From positions 320,001 to 384,000 of the forward strand of contig JBMFNR010000001.1 in NCBI GenBank assembly GCA_049970055.1: a stretch of DNA of 64,000 nt, given 5' to 3'. The notes under the pieces were generated by a model. It did not search any database. It was not told where the DNA came from and saw only the letters and a list, made by a program, of their open reading frames with translations. This stretch comes from Fervidobacterium sp. GTDB lineage: Bacteria; Thermotogota; Thermotogae; Thermotogales; Fervidobacteriaceae. Both the position numbers and the translations under genes were made by a program. Of the stretch, positions 29,075-37,773 are shown piece after piece; within the stretch, counting starts at the first letter, position 1; the number at the start of each line of letters is the position of its first letter.

Positions 29075-29550
29075 TCGTACACCCCCTTTAAAATCTTCTC
29101 AAATCGCCCGTAGAACGACTTTTTACTTTCCTCATCTGTTCCTGACACATCTATCCAGTGTACGTGAAGTTCATCTTCCACAACATCAAATGTAATTGTA
29201 CCAGGTGTGAGCGTAATAGAATTAGCAAGTGTCAACTTCGCAATATCTCCTTTCAGCGTTGTTTTAACTTTCACAAAACCTGGCTTGACGTTCCTTCCGG
29301 GAGTCAATACCCTTGACGCAACATCAACGTTCGCTTTAATCATTTCCCATATGAATACAGGAATGTACAGGAAAACAAATCTAAAAAGTCCACTTATAAC
29401 TTTGCCGTTAAAATGGATACGATAGTACTTTTTAAAAAGCATTGATACAACAAGTGAAACAATGAGACCAATGAGAACTTCTTGCCAATCTAAAGACCAA
29501 GTTAGTACAAGCCAAGTGAAAAAACTCACAATGAAAACAGAAAAATTCAT
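29071..29550 (-). CDS. MnhE-like subunit (MbxA)
   Basis: ANVDVA, LANSITLTPGTIT, LHVHWI. Start set at ATG 29550 behind GGAGG. Confidence 0.88.
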   Translation of the reverse strand: MNFSVFIVSFFTWLVLTWSLDWQEVLIGLIVSLVVSMLFKKYYRIHFNGKVISGLFRFVFLYIPVFIWEMIKANVDVASRVLTPGRNVKPGFVKVKTTLKGDIAKLTLANSITLTPGTITFDVVEDELHVHWIDVSGTDEESKKSFYGRFEKILKGVYE

Positions 29551-29617
29551 CTGAAGCCCTCCCTTCACCTGTGACGCGTTATGCAGTTAATAACGCGTAT
29601 TTTTGCTAATATAATGA

Positions 29618-29635
29618 TTGTTTAAGATTTCACAA
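29618..29635. promoter_or_regulatory. Rex-like operator upstream of the mbx operon
   Basis: TTGTTTAAGATTTCACAA matches 12 of 14 defined positions of TTGTGAA-N4-TTCACAA. Confidence 0.55.
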
Positions 29636-29861
29636 ATAGGAAAAAAGAAAAATAGACATGAACAATCCATTTTACGTTTGAATTTTACCACATATTTTTT
29701 GAATTCCAAATTTAAAAAAATAGACAATATTGGTCTAAAATTCAAAATAGATGCAAATTTCAATGATAATGTGCTTCTTATAAAATGTTTGAGAATTGTA
29801 TTCTTATTTTCAATTATACCAGAAATGGTCTTCTGATCCAAATTTCATACACCCAGAAAGT

Positions 29862-29893
29862 AAAAAGCGGTGCTTTTTGAAAGCACCGCTTTT
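29862..29893 (-). terminator. Terminator downstream of pdxT
   Basis: AAAAAGCGGTGCTTT-TTG-AAAGCACCGCTTTT hairpin. Confidence 0.9.
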
Positions 29894-29919
29894 CGTTAAG
29901 TGTTTCCTTTAGTTTTTCC

Positions 29920-30495
29920 CTACTTTTTATATTCTTGAACCATCTTCAAAAAGTATTCATGTACCCTTGTATCATTTGTCAATTCTGGATGGAATGAAGT
30001 AACGAGTACATTATTTTGTCTTAACATGATGGGATGTCCATCCAAAACTGATAATACCTCTACATCTTTGCCCCATTCGTCTACTCTTGGTGCTCTTATG
30101 AATATGGCTTTGAAAGGTTTGTCAAAACCTTTTATTTCAACCATCTCATCAAAACTATCAACTTGTCTTCCATAAGCATTTCTCAAGACTTTTATATCTA
30201 TAACACCCAGGGATTCTTGTGGATAGTTTTCGATTTCTTTCGCAAGAACAATTAATCCTGCACATGTACCATAAACAGGTAAGCCGTTCTGTATTTTTTC
30301 TCTCAGCACTTCGAAAAGTTTTATTCTCTTCATTATTCTTATCATGGTTGTTGATTCTCCACCCGGAATTATCAATCCGTCGATCTTTTCCAGATCTTCG
30401 GGTGTTCTTACGATAAGTGTCTCATGACCAAGCTTTTCTATCATTAATTTGTGCTCTCTGAAATCTCCTTGTATACCTGAAACCCCTATTATCAT
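29920..30495 (-). CDS. pdxT: PLP synthase glutaminase subunit
   Basis: [36 protein letters not shown]. Confidence 0.97.
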   Translation of the reverse strand: MIIGVSGIQGDFREHKLMIEKLGHETLIVRTPEDLEKIDGLIIPGGESTTMIRIMKRIKLFEVLREKIQNGLPVYGTCAGLIVLAKEIENYPQESLGVIDIKVLRNAYGRQVDSFDEMVEIKGFDKPFKAIFIRAPRVDEWGKDVEVLSVLDGHPIMLRQNNVLVTSFHPELTNDTRVHEYFLKMVQEYKK

Positions 30496-30498
30496 CTC

Positions 30499-31374
30499 TT
30501 ACCAACCTCTTTCCTGGAGTCTAACCTCGAGTGTATCAATTTCTAAACCTTCCATAGGTTCTCCTATATCCTCTGATATTTTCAGAAGCATCTCTGGATC
30601 GTTCCAGTATGTCACGGCCATTACAATCGCTTTTGCCATCTTCATTGGGTCTTTTGATTTGAATATTCCGCTTCCAACGAATACTCCATCCGCACCGAGC
30701 ATCATCATAAGTGCTGCGTCTGCTGGCGTTGCTACTCCACCCGCTGCAAAATTAACTACTGGTAGTCTACCAAGTTCTTTTACTTGCTGGACAAGCTCTA
30801 CTGGTGCGCCGATTTCTTTTGCATATGATACTATCTCTTCATATGGCATGTTCTGTACTTTTCTGATTTCTGACATAACTGTTCTCATGTGTTTCACAGC
30901 TTCCACAACATTTCCTGTCCCAGCTTCACCTTTTGTCCTTATCATCGCAGCACCTTCTGCGATTCTTCTAAGTGCTTCGCCAAGGTTCCTTGCACCGCAG
31001 ACAAATGGTACTTTAAATTCGTGTTTATTGATGTGGTACTTATCATCAGCTGGTGTAAGAACTTCCGATTCGTCGATGAAATCTACTCCAAGTGCTTCAA
31101 GTATCCTTGCTTCCGCGATGTGACCGATTCTAACCTTTGCCATAACAGGAATTGAAACTGCTTCCATTATTTCTTTTATCTTTGCGATGCTTGCCATTCT
31201 TGCAACTCCGCCAGCTTTTCGTATATCCGCGGGAACTCTTTCAAGTGCCATGACAGCAACAGCACCTGCTTCTTCAGCTATCTTTGCCTGTTCTGCAGTG
31301 GTTACGTCCATGATTACTCCACCTTTGAACATCTCTGCAAAACCTTTCTTAATTTCAAATGTACCCTTTTCCAT
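30499..31374 (-). CDS. pdxS: PLP synthase lyase subunit
   Basis: [41 protein letters not shown]. Confidence 0.98.
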   Translation of the reverse strand: MEKGTFEIKKGFAEMFKGGVIMDVTTAEQAKIAEEAGAVAVMALERVPADIRKAGGVARMASIAKIKEIMEAVSIPVMAKVRIGHIAEARILEALGVDFIDESEVLTPADDKYHINKHEFKVPFVCGARNLGEALRRIAEGAAMIRTKGEAGTGNVVEAVKHMRTVMSEIRKVQNMPYEEIVSYAKEIGAPVELVQQVKELGRLPVVNFAAGGVATPADAALMMMLGADGVFVGSGIFKSKDPMKMAKAIVMAVTYWNDPEMLLKISEDIGEPMEGLEIDTLEVRLQERGW

Positions 31375-31437
31375 GTTGATCGCCTCCTTTTATACGTATT
31401 ATCCACATTATACGGCATCAATAAATCTCTCAATTGA

Positions 31438-33111
31438 TTAAACGATCACTGTCTCTGTGTATTCGCCGAATACCTCTCTAAGGGCGTTGCTTATTTCACC
31501 GACTGTTGCGTACAATTTCACAGCTTCAAGCACATACGGGAAAAGGTTTTCATCTGTCGACGCTACTTCTTTTATTTTGTCAAGCATTTTTTTGACTTTC
31601 TCGTTGTCTCTTTCCTCTCTTAATTTTTTGAGTCGTTGCTTTTGCTTCAACTCGAGTTCAGGGTCTACTTTGAGCACTTCTTTGTGTTTTAAATCTTCAT
31701 TAATTGTGAATTTGTTAACACCTACGATTATTTCTTCTCCCTTTTCAACTGCTAGTTGTTGTTTGTAGGCACTTTCATGGATTTCTTTCTGGACGTATCC
31801 CATTTCGATAGCTTTTACCATGCCACCAAGTTGATCAATTTTTTCTATATATTCTATTGCCCTTTTCTCTATCTCGTTTGTCATACTTTCTATAACATAA
31901 GAGCCTGCTAATGGATCGATGGTGTCGGCAACTCCTGATTCATACGCTATAATTTGCTGGGTTCTAAGGGCTATTCTTGCCGATTCTTCTGTTGGTAATG
32001 CAAGAGCCTCATCGTAACTATTTGTGTGGAGCGATTGTGTGCCACCAAGCACTGCAGCAAGCGCTTGGACTGTTACCCTTACTATGTTATTCATTGGTTG
32101 TTGAGCTGTTAGCGTAGAGCCACCGGTTTGTGTATGGAACCTTAATTTCATTGCTTCTGGATCTGTCACACCAAATCTGTTTTTCATTATCTTTGCCCAG
32201 AGTCGCCTTGCTGCTCTAAATTTCGCTATTTCTTCTAAGAAATTGTTGTGTGCCGCAAAGAAGAATGAGAGTCTCTTACCGAAGATGTTTGGATCAAGTC
32301 CCTTCTTTATAGCAGCTTCAACGTATGTGATACCATCCGCTAATGTAAACGCGACTTCCTGAACTGCTGTTGAGCCTGCTTCTCTGATGTGGTAACCACT
32401 AATGCTTATCGGGTTCCACTTTGGCATATATTTTGAACAGTACTCGAATATATCCGTTATCAATCTCATCGACGGTTCGGGTGGGTAAATGTACGTCCCT
32501 CGTGCTATATATTCTTTTAGTATATCATTCTGAATCGTACCACTGAGCTGTTCTTGCGATACACCTTGTTTTTCAGCAACAGCAATGTACATCGCGAGCA
32601 AAATCATTGCCGTACTGTTGATTGTCATAGAAGTACTTACTTGATCGAGTGGAATACCGTCGAATAGTATTTCCATATCTTTTAATGAATCGATAGCAAC
32701 ACCAACACGTCCAACTTCGCCTTCAGCCATTGGGTCATCGGAGTCGTAGCCGATCTGAGTTGGAAGGTCAAACGCCACCGAAAGCCCAGTTTGCCCTTGC
32801 TGTAGTAAGTACTTATACCTTTTGTTTGATTCTTCAGCTGTCCCAAAACCTGCGTACTGTCTCATCGTCCAGTACCTTGCACGGTACATTGTTGGCTGTA
32901 CGCCACGCGTAAATGGATACTCTCCAGGGAATCCAAGATCGTTGACATAGTTGAGATTTTGAATGTCTTCTACTGTGTACAACCTCTTTATTTCGTATCC
33001 TGAAGTAGAGTAAAATGCTTCTTTTCTTTCTGGTACCTTCGATATGGATTTTTTCACTACTTCTTCATACCTTTTCTTCGCTTCTTCAAACCTTTCGTCG
33101 ATGTGTGACAT
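31438..33111 (-). CDS. Methylmalonyl-CoA mutase family, substrate-binding large subunit (no fused B12 domain)
   Basis: [56 protein letters not shown]. Confidence 0.93.
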   Translation of the reverse strand: MSHIDERFEEAKKRYEEVVKKSISKVPERKEAFYSTSGYEIKRLYTVEDIQNLNYVNDLGFPGEYPFTRGVQPTMYRARYWTMRQYAGFGTAEESNKRYKYLLQQGQTGLSVAFDLPTQIGYDSDDPMAEGEVGRVGVAIDSLKDMEILFDGIPLDQVSTSMTINSTAMILLAMYIAVAEKQGVSQEQLSGTIQNDILKEYIARGTYIYPPEPSMRLITDIFEYCSKYMPKWNPISISGYHIREAGSTAVQEVAFTLADGITYVEAAIKKGLDPNIFGKRLSFFFAAHNNFLEEIAKFRAARRLWAKIMKNRFGVTDPEAMKLRFHTQTGGSTLTAQQPMNNIVRVTVQALAAVLGGTQSLHTNSYDEALALPTEESARIALRTQQIIAYESGVADTIDPLAGSYVIESMTNEIEKRAIEYIEKIDQLGGMVKAIEMGYVQKEIHESAYKQQLAVEKGEEIIVGVNKFTINEDLKHKEVLKVDPELELKQKQRLKKLREERDNEKVKKMLDKIKEVASTDENLFPYVLEAVKLYATVGEISNALREVFGEYTETVIV

Positions 33112-33133
33112 ACTTATCCCCCTTTTTTAGGTT

Positions 33134-33439
33134 TTATCCTTGACCATTAAGCACATTACCCTTGTCGTTTGGTTGGATGTAGGATTGAATCATTTTCTTA
33201 CCTTCTTCAAGGTTTTTGCCCATTCTTCTAAATTCTTCACGCTTTTCATTTAATATTTTTTGCCGTTTTAAATCTCTTTCGTAAACTTCGCGAAGTTGAT
33301 TCTCAGTAAGTGTTGGTAGAATTTTTCCCCTTTCATCGAGTAGTAAGTTGAGTTTTTCGTAATCTTCCTCCTCAATTGCTTTGTCTATTTCAAGTTCTAT
33401 TTGTATTATATCTTTATTAGCATTGTTAACATTTTCCAT
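33134..33439 (-). CDS. Small helical protein, possibly FliT-like
   Basis: RBS GAGGTG; helical AIEEEDYEKLNLLLDERGKIL pattern resembles FliT. Function not secure. Confidence 0.4.
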   Translation of the reverse strand: MENVNNANKDIIQIELEIDKAIEEEDYEKLNLLLDERGKILPTLTENQLREVYERDLKRQKILNEKREEFRRMGKNLEEGKKMIQSYIQPNDKGNVLNGQG

Positions 33440-33472
33440 TATTTCACCTCATTACGCTTTTCATTACGCTTT

Positions 33473-34249
33473 CTAAAAATTCTTCATATGTTTTCTCAGC
33501 AATGGGTGGACAAAGTCTGGCGATATCTCTTTCATTGGTTCTATGAAAAATGTTCTATTTTCGAAATCATAATGTGGAACCACTAATGTTTCGCTTTCGA
33601 TTATCAAATTTCCATAAAAAAGTATGTCTAAATCGATTATCCTAGGCCCCCACCTTTCTTTCCTTACGCGTCCAAGCTTTTCCTCAATCTTCAGCAAAAC
33701 TTTGAGAAGCTCGTCTGGTGTGAGATTTGTGTCTATTTCCACAACACAATTTAAAAAATCTGGTTGGTCTGTTTTACCATAAGCCCTTGTTTCTATTACA
33801 CTTGATACCTTAAGGATTCTTGCAATTTTTTCAAGCTCTACAATGGCGTTTTCTATGTTTTTTTGCCTATTTCCAAGGTTCGTTCCGATACCTATAAATA
33901 CTTCCCCTTCTTCCCTTTCAACAATGGTTGTTGCAAATGTAAATTTATCATGCGAAAGTGTAGCGTGTAGAAAATTGTAAGTTCCAAACTTCGAAGGGGT
34001 GTAATTATGAATTTTAATGTACAAACTTCCGTCTTGCCTGTTTAAAAATGATATATCTTTGAATGAATGCCCAGAAATGCCTGTACCAAGTGCTTTAAAG
34101 TAACTTTCCTTTAATGAGAATCTTCCGGCCAAGTATTGTTGATCGATCTTATCTTTGTTTTTTTTCTCGTTATCTGTAAGGATGCGCTCTGCAAGTTTTA
34201 AATCAACTCTTGATATTTCCAATATATCGTTGCCAATTCCGATTATCAA
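33473..34249 (-). CDS. AcpS (holo-ACP synthase)-FolK (HPPK) fusion protein
   Basis: N-half GIGNDILEISR, LAGRFSLKESYFKALGTG, LSHD; C-half IGIGTNLGNR, QPDFLNCV, RWGPRIIDLDIL, VPH; single uninterrupted frame. Confidence 0.9.
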   Translation of the reverse strand: MIIGIGNDILEISRVDLKLAERILTDNEKKNKDKIDQQYLAGRFSLKESYFKALGTGISGHSFKDISFLNRQDGSLYIKIHNYTPSKFGTYNFLHATLSHDKFTFATTIVEREEGEVFIGIGTNLGNRQKNIENAIVELEKIARILKVSSVIETRAYGKTDQPDFLNCVVEIDTNLTPDELLKVLLKIEEKLGRVRKERWGPRIIDLDILFYGNLIIESETLVVPHYDFENRTFFIEPMKEISPDFVHPLLRKHMKNF

Positions 34250-35631
34250 ACTGGGTATCCTCCTTCGAATGATTCTACGAGAGTCCAGTCAACTTGAATT
34301 TTTTCGTCGTATTTTTTCTTTAGATATTGTTTCCCGATTTCACCTAATATCGCGTATATAAGGAGCTCTTCATCCGTTTCTGCTAAGACACCTATTTCTT
34401 TTTTTCTTTTGTCAAGTTCGGGTTCTATGTAGTCTGCTGGTCTTCCTTTGATTGGTTTCTCGTTACCTAATATCTTTTTCACAAGCTCTTCATCAATTGG
34501 AGCAGGTGGCTTTCCGTAGAGTCCTTTTACGTAATCTTTTACTTCCCTGGTAACCTTAGCATATCTTTCACCGGTTATAACGTTTAGTACAGCTTGGACG
34601 CCAACGATTTGGCTTGTTGGTGTTACAAGTGGTGGGTAACCAAGATCCGCGCGTACTTTTGGAATTTCCTCTAAAACTGCATCAAGCTTGTGAAGCATTT
34701 TTTGTTCAGCAAGTTGTTTGACAAGGTTAGAATACATTCCACCAGGTACTTGAGAGGTAATTATCCTGTGATCAATACTGTACATATTAACATCGTAATT
34801 TGCGTATTTTTTCCTCACATCCCACAGATATTTTACTATTTTATCGACTTTTTTCCAGTCTATTTCCGGTAGTTTTTTGTATTCCGAAAACGCGTAATAT
34901 ATAGCTTCAAAAGCAGGTTGACTTGTCGTCATGCCGAACGGTGAAATTGCAGTGTCTACAATATCAGCACCCGCAAGGAATGCGGTCACGTAAGCCAGTT
35001 CCCCTAACCCAGCCGTTGAGTGCGAGTGCACTTCAACAGGCAAGTCAAAATGATTTTTTAATTGACTTACAAGTTCACCGGCAATCTTTGGTGTGAGTAA
35101 TCCCGCCATATCCTTTATACAAAGCGAATGAACCCCTCTCTCTACGAGTTGCTTTGCATAGTTGAGATAATATTCAACAGTGTGGACAGGACTTGTTGTG
35201 TAGGACATGGCACCTTGCACATGCACACCACATTCCAAGGCCACTTCTATGCTCTTTTCAACGTTTCTAATATCGTTGAGTGCATCGAAGATTCTTATCA
35301 CTTGTACACCGTTTTCAACAGCTTTTCTGATGAAAAGTTCTACTACATCGTCAGCGTAATGTCTGTATCCAACAAGGTTTTGACCTCTTAAAAGCATCTG
35401 AGTTTTTCCATTCTTTAGTCTTTTTCTGATTTCTCTCAGTCTGTCCCATGGGTCTTCATTCAAAAACCTTACGCACACATCAAATGTGGCTCCACCCCAA
35501 ACTTCGAGAGCTTGAAACCCGAGACTATCAACTTCTTCAATTATTTCAAGTATATCTTTCGTACTCATGCGCGTAGCAATCAATGACTGATGACCATCAC
35601 GGAATGTTGTATCTGTGAAGATACTAAGCAT
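34246..35631 (-). CDS. Pyruvate carboxylase B / oxaloacetate decarboxylase alpha-type carboxyltransferase (no biotinyl domain)
   Basis: DTTFRDGHQSL, WGGATFD, QMLLRGQNLVGY, IKDMAG, HSH, VPGGM, PPLVTPTSQIVG; no EAMKM domain. Confidence 0.92.
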   Translation of the reverse strand: MLSIFTDTTFRDGHQSLIATRMSTKDILEIIEEVDSLGFQALEVWGGATFDVCVRFLNEDPWDRLREIRKRLKNGKTQMLLRGQNLVGYRHYADDVVELFIRKAVENGVQVIRIFDALNDIRNVEKSIEVALECGVHVQGAMSYTTSPVHTVEYYLNYAKQLVERGVHSLCIKDMAGLLTPKIAGELVSQLKNHFDLPVEVHSHSTAGLGELAYVTAFLAGADIVDTAISPFGMTTSQPAFEAIYYAFSEYKKLPEIDWKKVDKIVKYLWDVRKKYANYDVNMYSIDHRIITSQVPGGMYSNLVKQLAEQKMLHKLDAVLEEIPKVRADLGYPPLVTPTSQIVGVQAVLNVITGERYAKVTREVKDYVKGLYGKPPAPIDEELVKKILGNEKPIKGRPADYIEPELDKRKKEIGVLAETDEELLIYAILGEIGKQYLKKKYDEKIQVDWTLVESFEGGYPV

Positions 35632-35878
35632 TGATATACACCTTCCTTTATAGATGTTATCCTTGGCGTTATCTCGATAAAATTATACCACTTTTATAAT
35701 TTTTGTTAAATTCGCTAAACGATGATGAGAAGCAAATGAACGGTTAAAAAAACGGTTAAAAATTGTACAAATGCTTTTTTGGACAAGTAAGCTTATCGAT
35801 TTGGGTTTATTATGGTATAATTAATTAAGTTGGAAACTCATGGAGAGAATCATAAAATATAAGGAGGTAGTTTACTCA

Positions 35879-36406
35879 ATGCAAGTTGAAAGAGGATCTG
35901 ATAAACATTTTGAACGGAAAAATGAAAGATTAACAAGCGTAAGAAACAATCCCATTGGAAAAGGAGAGTACTATTTTCTGATATTGTTAGGATTTATAAC
36001 GTTTGTTTTCGGGTTTATATCTCTTGCTGTCTATTTTGCTGTACTGTACTTAGCACCAATCGTGTCCAATTTAACGGGGTTGACATTTCTTGACTCAAGA
36101 TTTCTTTTATTTTCTATTGTAATGCTCACTACAAGTGGTTTTTTCACAGCAACTTATCCTTACTCTAAGGCGATTGGAGGTAATTCATCTTTTCACATAA
36201 TACTTGCACTTGCAACTTCTGGGGTTAGCCTCGGCGTTCAACTTTACAAACTCGCTGTAACGGGCCCTACTTGGATTGGTATTGACTTACTTCAATCACA
36301 CGGCAACACAATTGAAATGATGTACCTTTCGGCGGTATATTTTTCTTATACTCTTGTTCTTTTTGTTCTGCAGTTCACAATCATGCGAAAAGAATTTTCG
36401 GAGTAG
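35879..36406 (+). CDS. Hypothetical multi-pass membrane protein
   Basis: About four hydrophobic segments; AAGGAGGT RBS before ATG 35879; TG-G-TATAAT upstream. Confidence 0.7.
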   Translation: MQVERGSDKHFERKNERLTSVRNNPIGKGEYYFLILLGFITFVFGFISLAVYFAVLYLAPIVSNLTGLTFLDSRFLLFSIVMLTTSGFFTATYPYSKAIGGNSSFHIILALATSGVSLGVQLYKLAVTGPTWIGIDLLQSHGNTIEMMYLSAVYFSYTLVLFVLQFTIMRKEFSE

Positions 36407-36492
36407 TCTAAATTATTATAGTCCAATTAGCTAATTTAGTCTATTTGTTCAACTTTTAAAAGTTTTTTTTGAAAGGATTGATGGTATAACGT

Positions 36493-37773
36493 ATGAAAGT
36501 GTTAGGTGTCGTTGTTGAGTACAATCCATTTCATTTTGGGCATTTACTACATCTTGAGGAAGCTAAAAAACTTGTAAAACCAGACTACGTTATTGCTGTG
36601 ATGAGTGGTAATTTCTGCCAACGTGGTGAACCTGCTATTGTGAACAAGTTTGCACGCACCGAAATTGCGTTAAGACACGGCGTAGATATTATATTTGAGC
36701 TTCCAACAATTTACGCGGTACAAGATGCCGGGGGGTTTGCTCTGGGATCCGTTGGCGTACTTGATCGAACGGGTGTTGTAACTGATATAGTTTTTGGAAG
36801 TGAAAGTGGAGATATTGGATTTTTAAATAAAGTGGCTCATTTGCTTATTTATCAAACACCTGAATTTGAAAAAGCTTTCAAAATGCATTTAAAACTTGGT
36901 TATTCGTATCCAAACGCGAGAAAGTATGCATTGATGGATGTACTAGATAACGAAGTCGAGAAATTATCAAAGTCAAATGACATATTAGGCATCGAATACT
37001 TGAAAGCTTTAATTAAATACAAAAGCAAAATAAACGCTCATGTTATAAAGCGAGTTGGCGCTGATTACAACGACGAAGATTTTAAGGGTAAATATTCATC
37101 TGCTAGTGCGATTAGGAAGTTTATAAAGAAAAACACATTTGAAAAATTGAAGGGCTTTATTCCCGAATGGACTTACAAAATCCTCGAACGTGAATTTTCG
37201 GAAGGTAGAGGCCCTGTTTTCTGGGAAGCGCTTGATTTTCTTGTATTCATGTTTAGAAAGTTGAAAAGAGAAGATTTTGAAAAAATTTACAGTTTCAGCG
37301 AAGGTTTAGATTTAAGATTTTACGAAGCTGCAAGAAGCACAGGTACTATTCAAGACTTTGTGGAAAGAGTTAAGGCTAAACGTTTCACGTATTCACGAAT
37401 AAGAAGGGCGATACTGCATGTGCTTTTCGAGATGGATAAGTCGATGATAGAGCTGAGTAACGAAAAAGGCCCACAATATTTGAGGCTTCTTGGTTTTAGC
37501 AACAGGGGCAGAGAATTGTTAAAGGTAATAAAAAAGAACTCAAAACTGCCAATAATTTCAACTGCTTCCCTTTACAAAAATGTTCTTGAACAAGCGAAAA
37601 AGAGAATCTCAGAAGGTAAGGTCAATTGGGAAATTGACGATGAACTGTACATTTGGCAATTTGAAAGGGATCTACTTGCAGGTGATCTGTACACATTTTT
37701 GTACCCTGAAAAGTCACAACGCCAGGCTGGAATGGATTTTGATTACACGGTGGTAAGTATCCATGGCGAATGA
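36493..37773 (+). CDS. tmcAL: tRNA(Met) cytidine acetate ligase (TmcAL/YlbM family)
   Basis: VVEYNPFHFGH, MSGNFCQRGEPA, FGSE, SNDILGIEY, SASAIR, RFTYSRIRR, YLRLLGF. Confidence 0.88.
   Translation: MKVLGVVVEYNPFHFGHLLHLEEAKKLVKPDYVIAVMSGNFCQRGEPAIVNKFARTEIALRHGVDIIFELPTIYAVQDAGGFALGSVGVLDRTGVVTDIVFGSESGDIGFLNKVAHLLIYQTPEFEKAFKMHLKLGYSYPNARKYALMDVLDNEVEKLSKSNDILGIEYLKALIKYKSKINAHVIKRVGADYNDEDFKGKYSSASAIRKFIKKNTFEKLKGFIPEWTYKILEREFSEGRGPVFWEALDFLVFMFRKLKREDFEKIYSFSEGLDLRFYEAARSTGTIQDFVERVKAKRFTYSRIRRAILHVLFEMDKSMIELSNEKGPQYLRLLGFSNRGRELLKVIKKNSKLPIISTASLYKNVLEQAKKRISEGKVNWEIDDELYIWQFERDLLAGDLYTFLYPEKSQRQAGMDFDYTVVSIHGE

Noticed and set aside
18955..29550. NiFe hydrogenase (Mbh/Ech) or canonical NADH:quinone oxidoreductase
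   Set aside because: The large subunit lacks both CxxC pairs, there are no NuoEFG genes, and the Mrp-like plus two MbxH layout fits Mbx/MBS.
29587..29841. Short ORFs 29587-29841 (-) and 29618-29836 (+)
   Set aside because: Low-complexity translations of an AT-rich promoter region, with no RBS or recognisable motif.
30449..31123. 224-aa plus-strand ORF and similar antisense ORFs over eno, liv, mbx, mfd and rpoC
   Set aside because: Antisense shadows of conserved genes, produced by codon bias.
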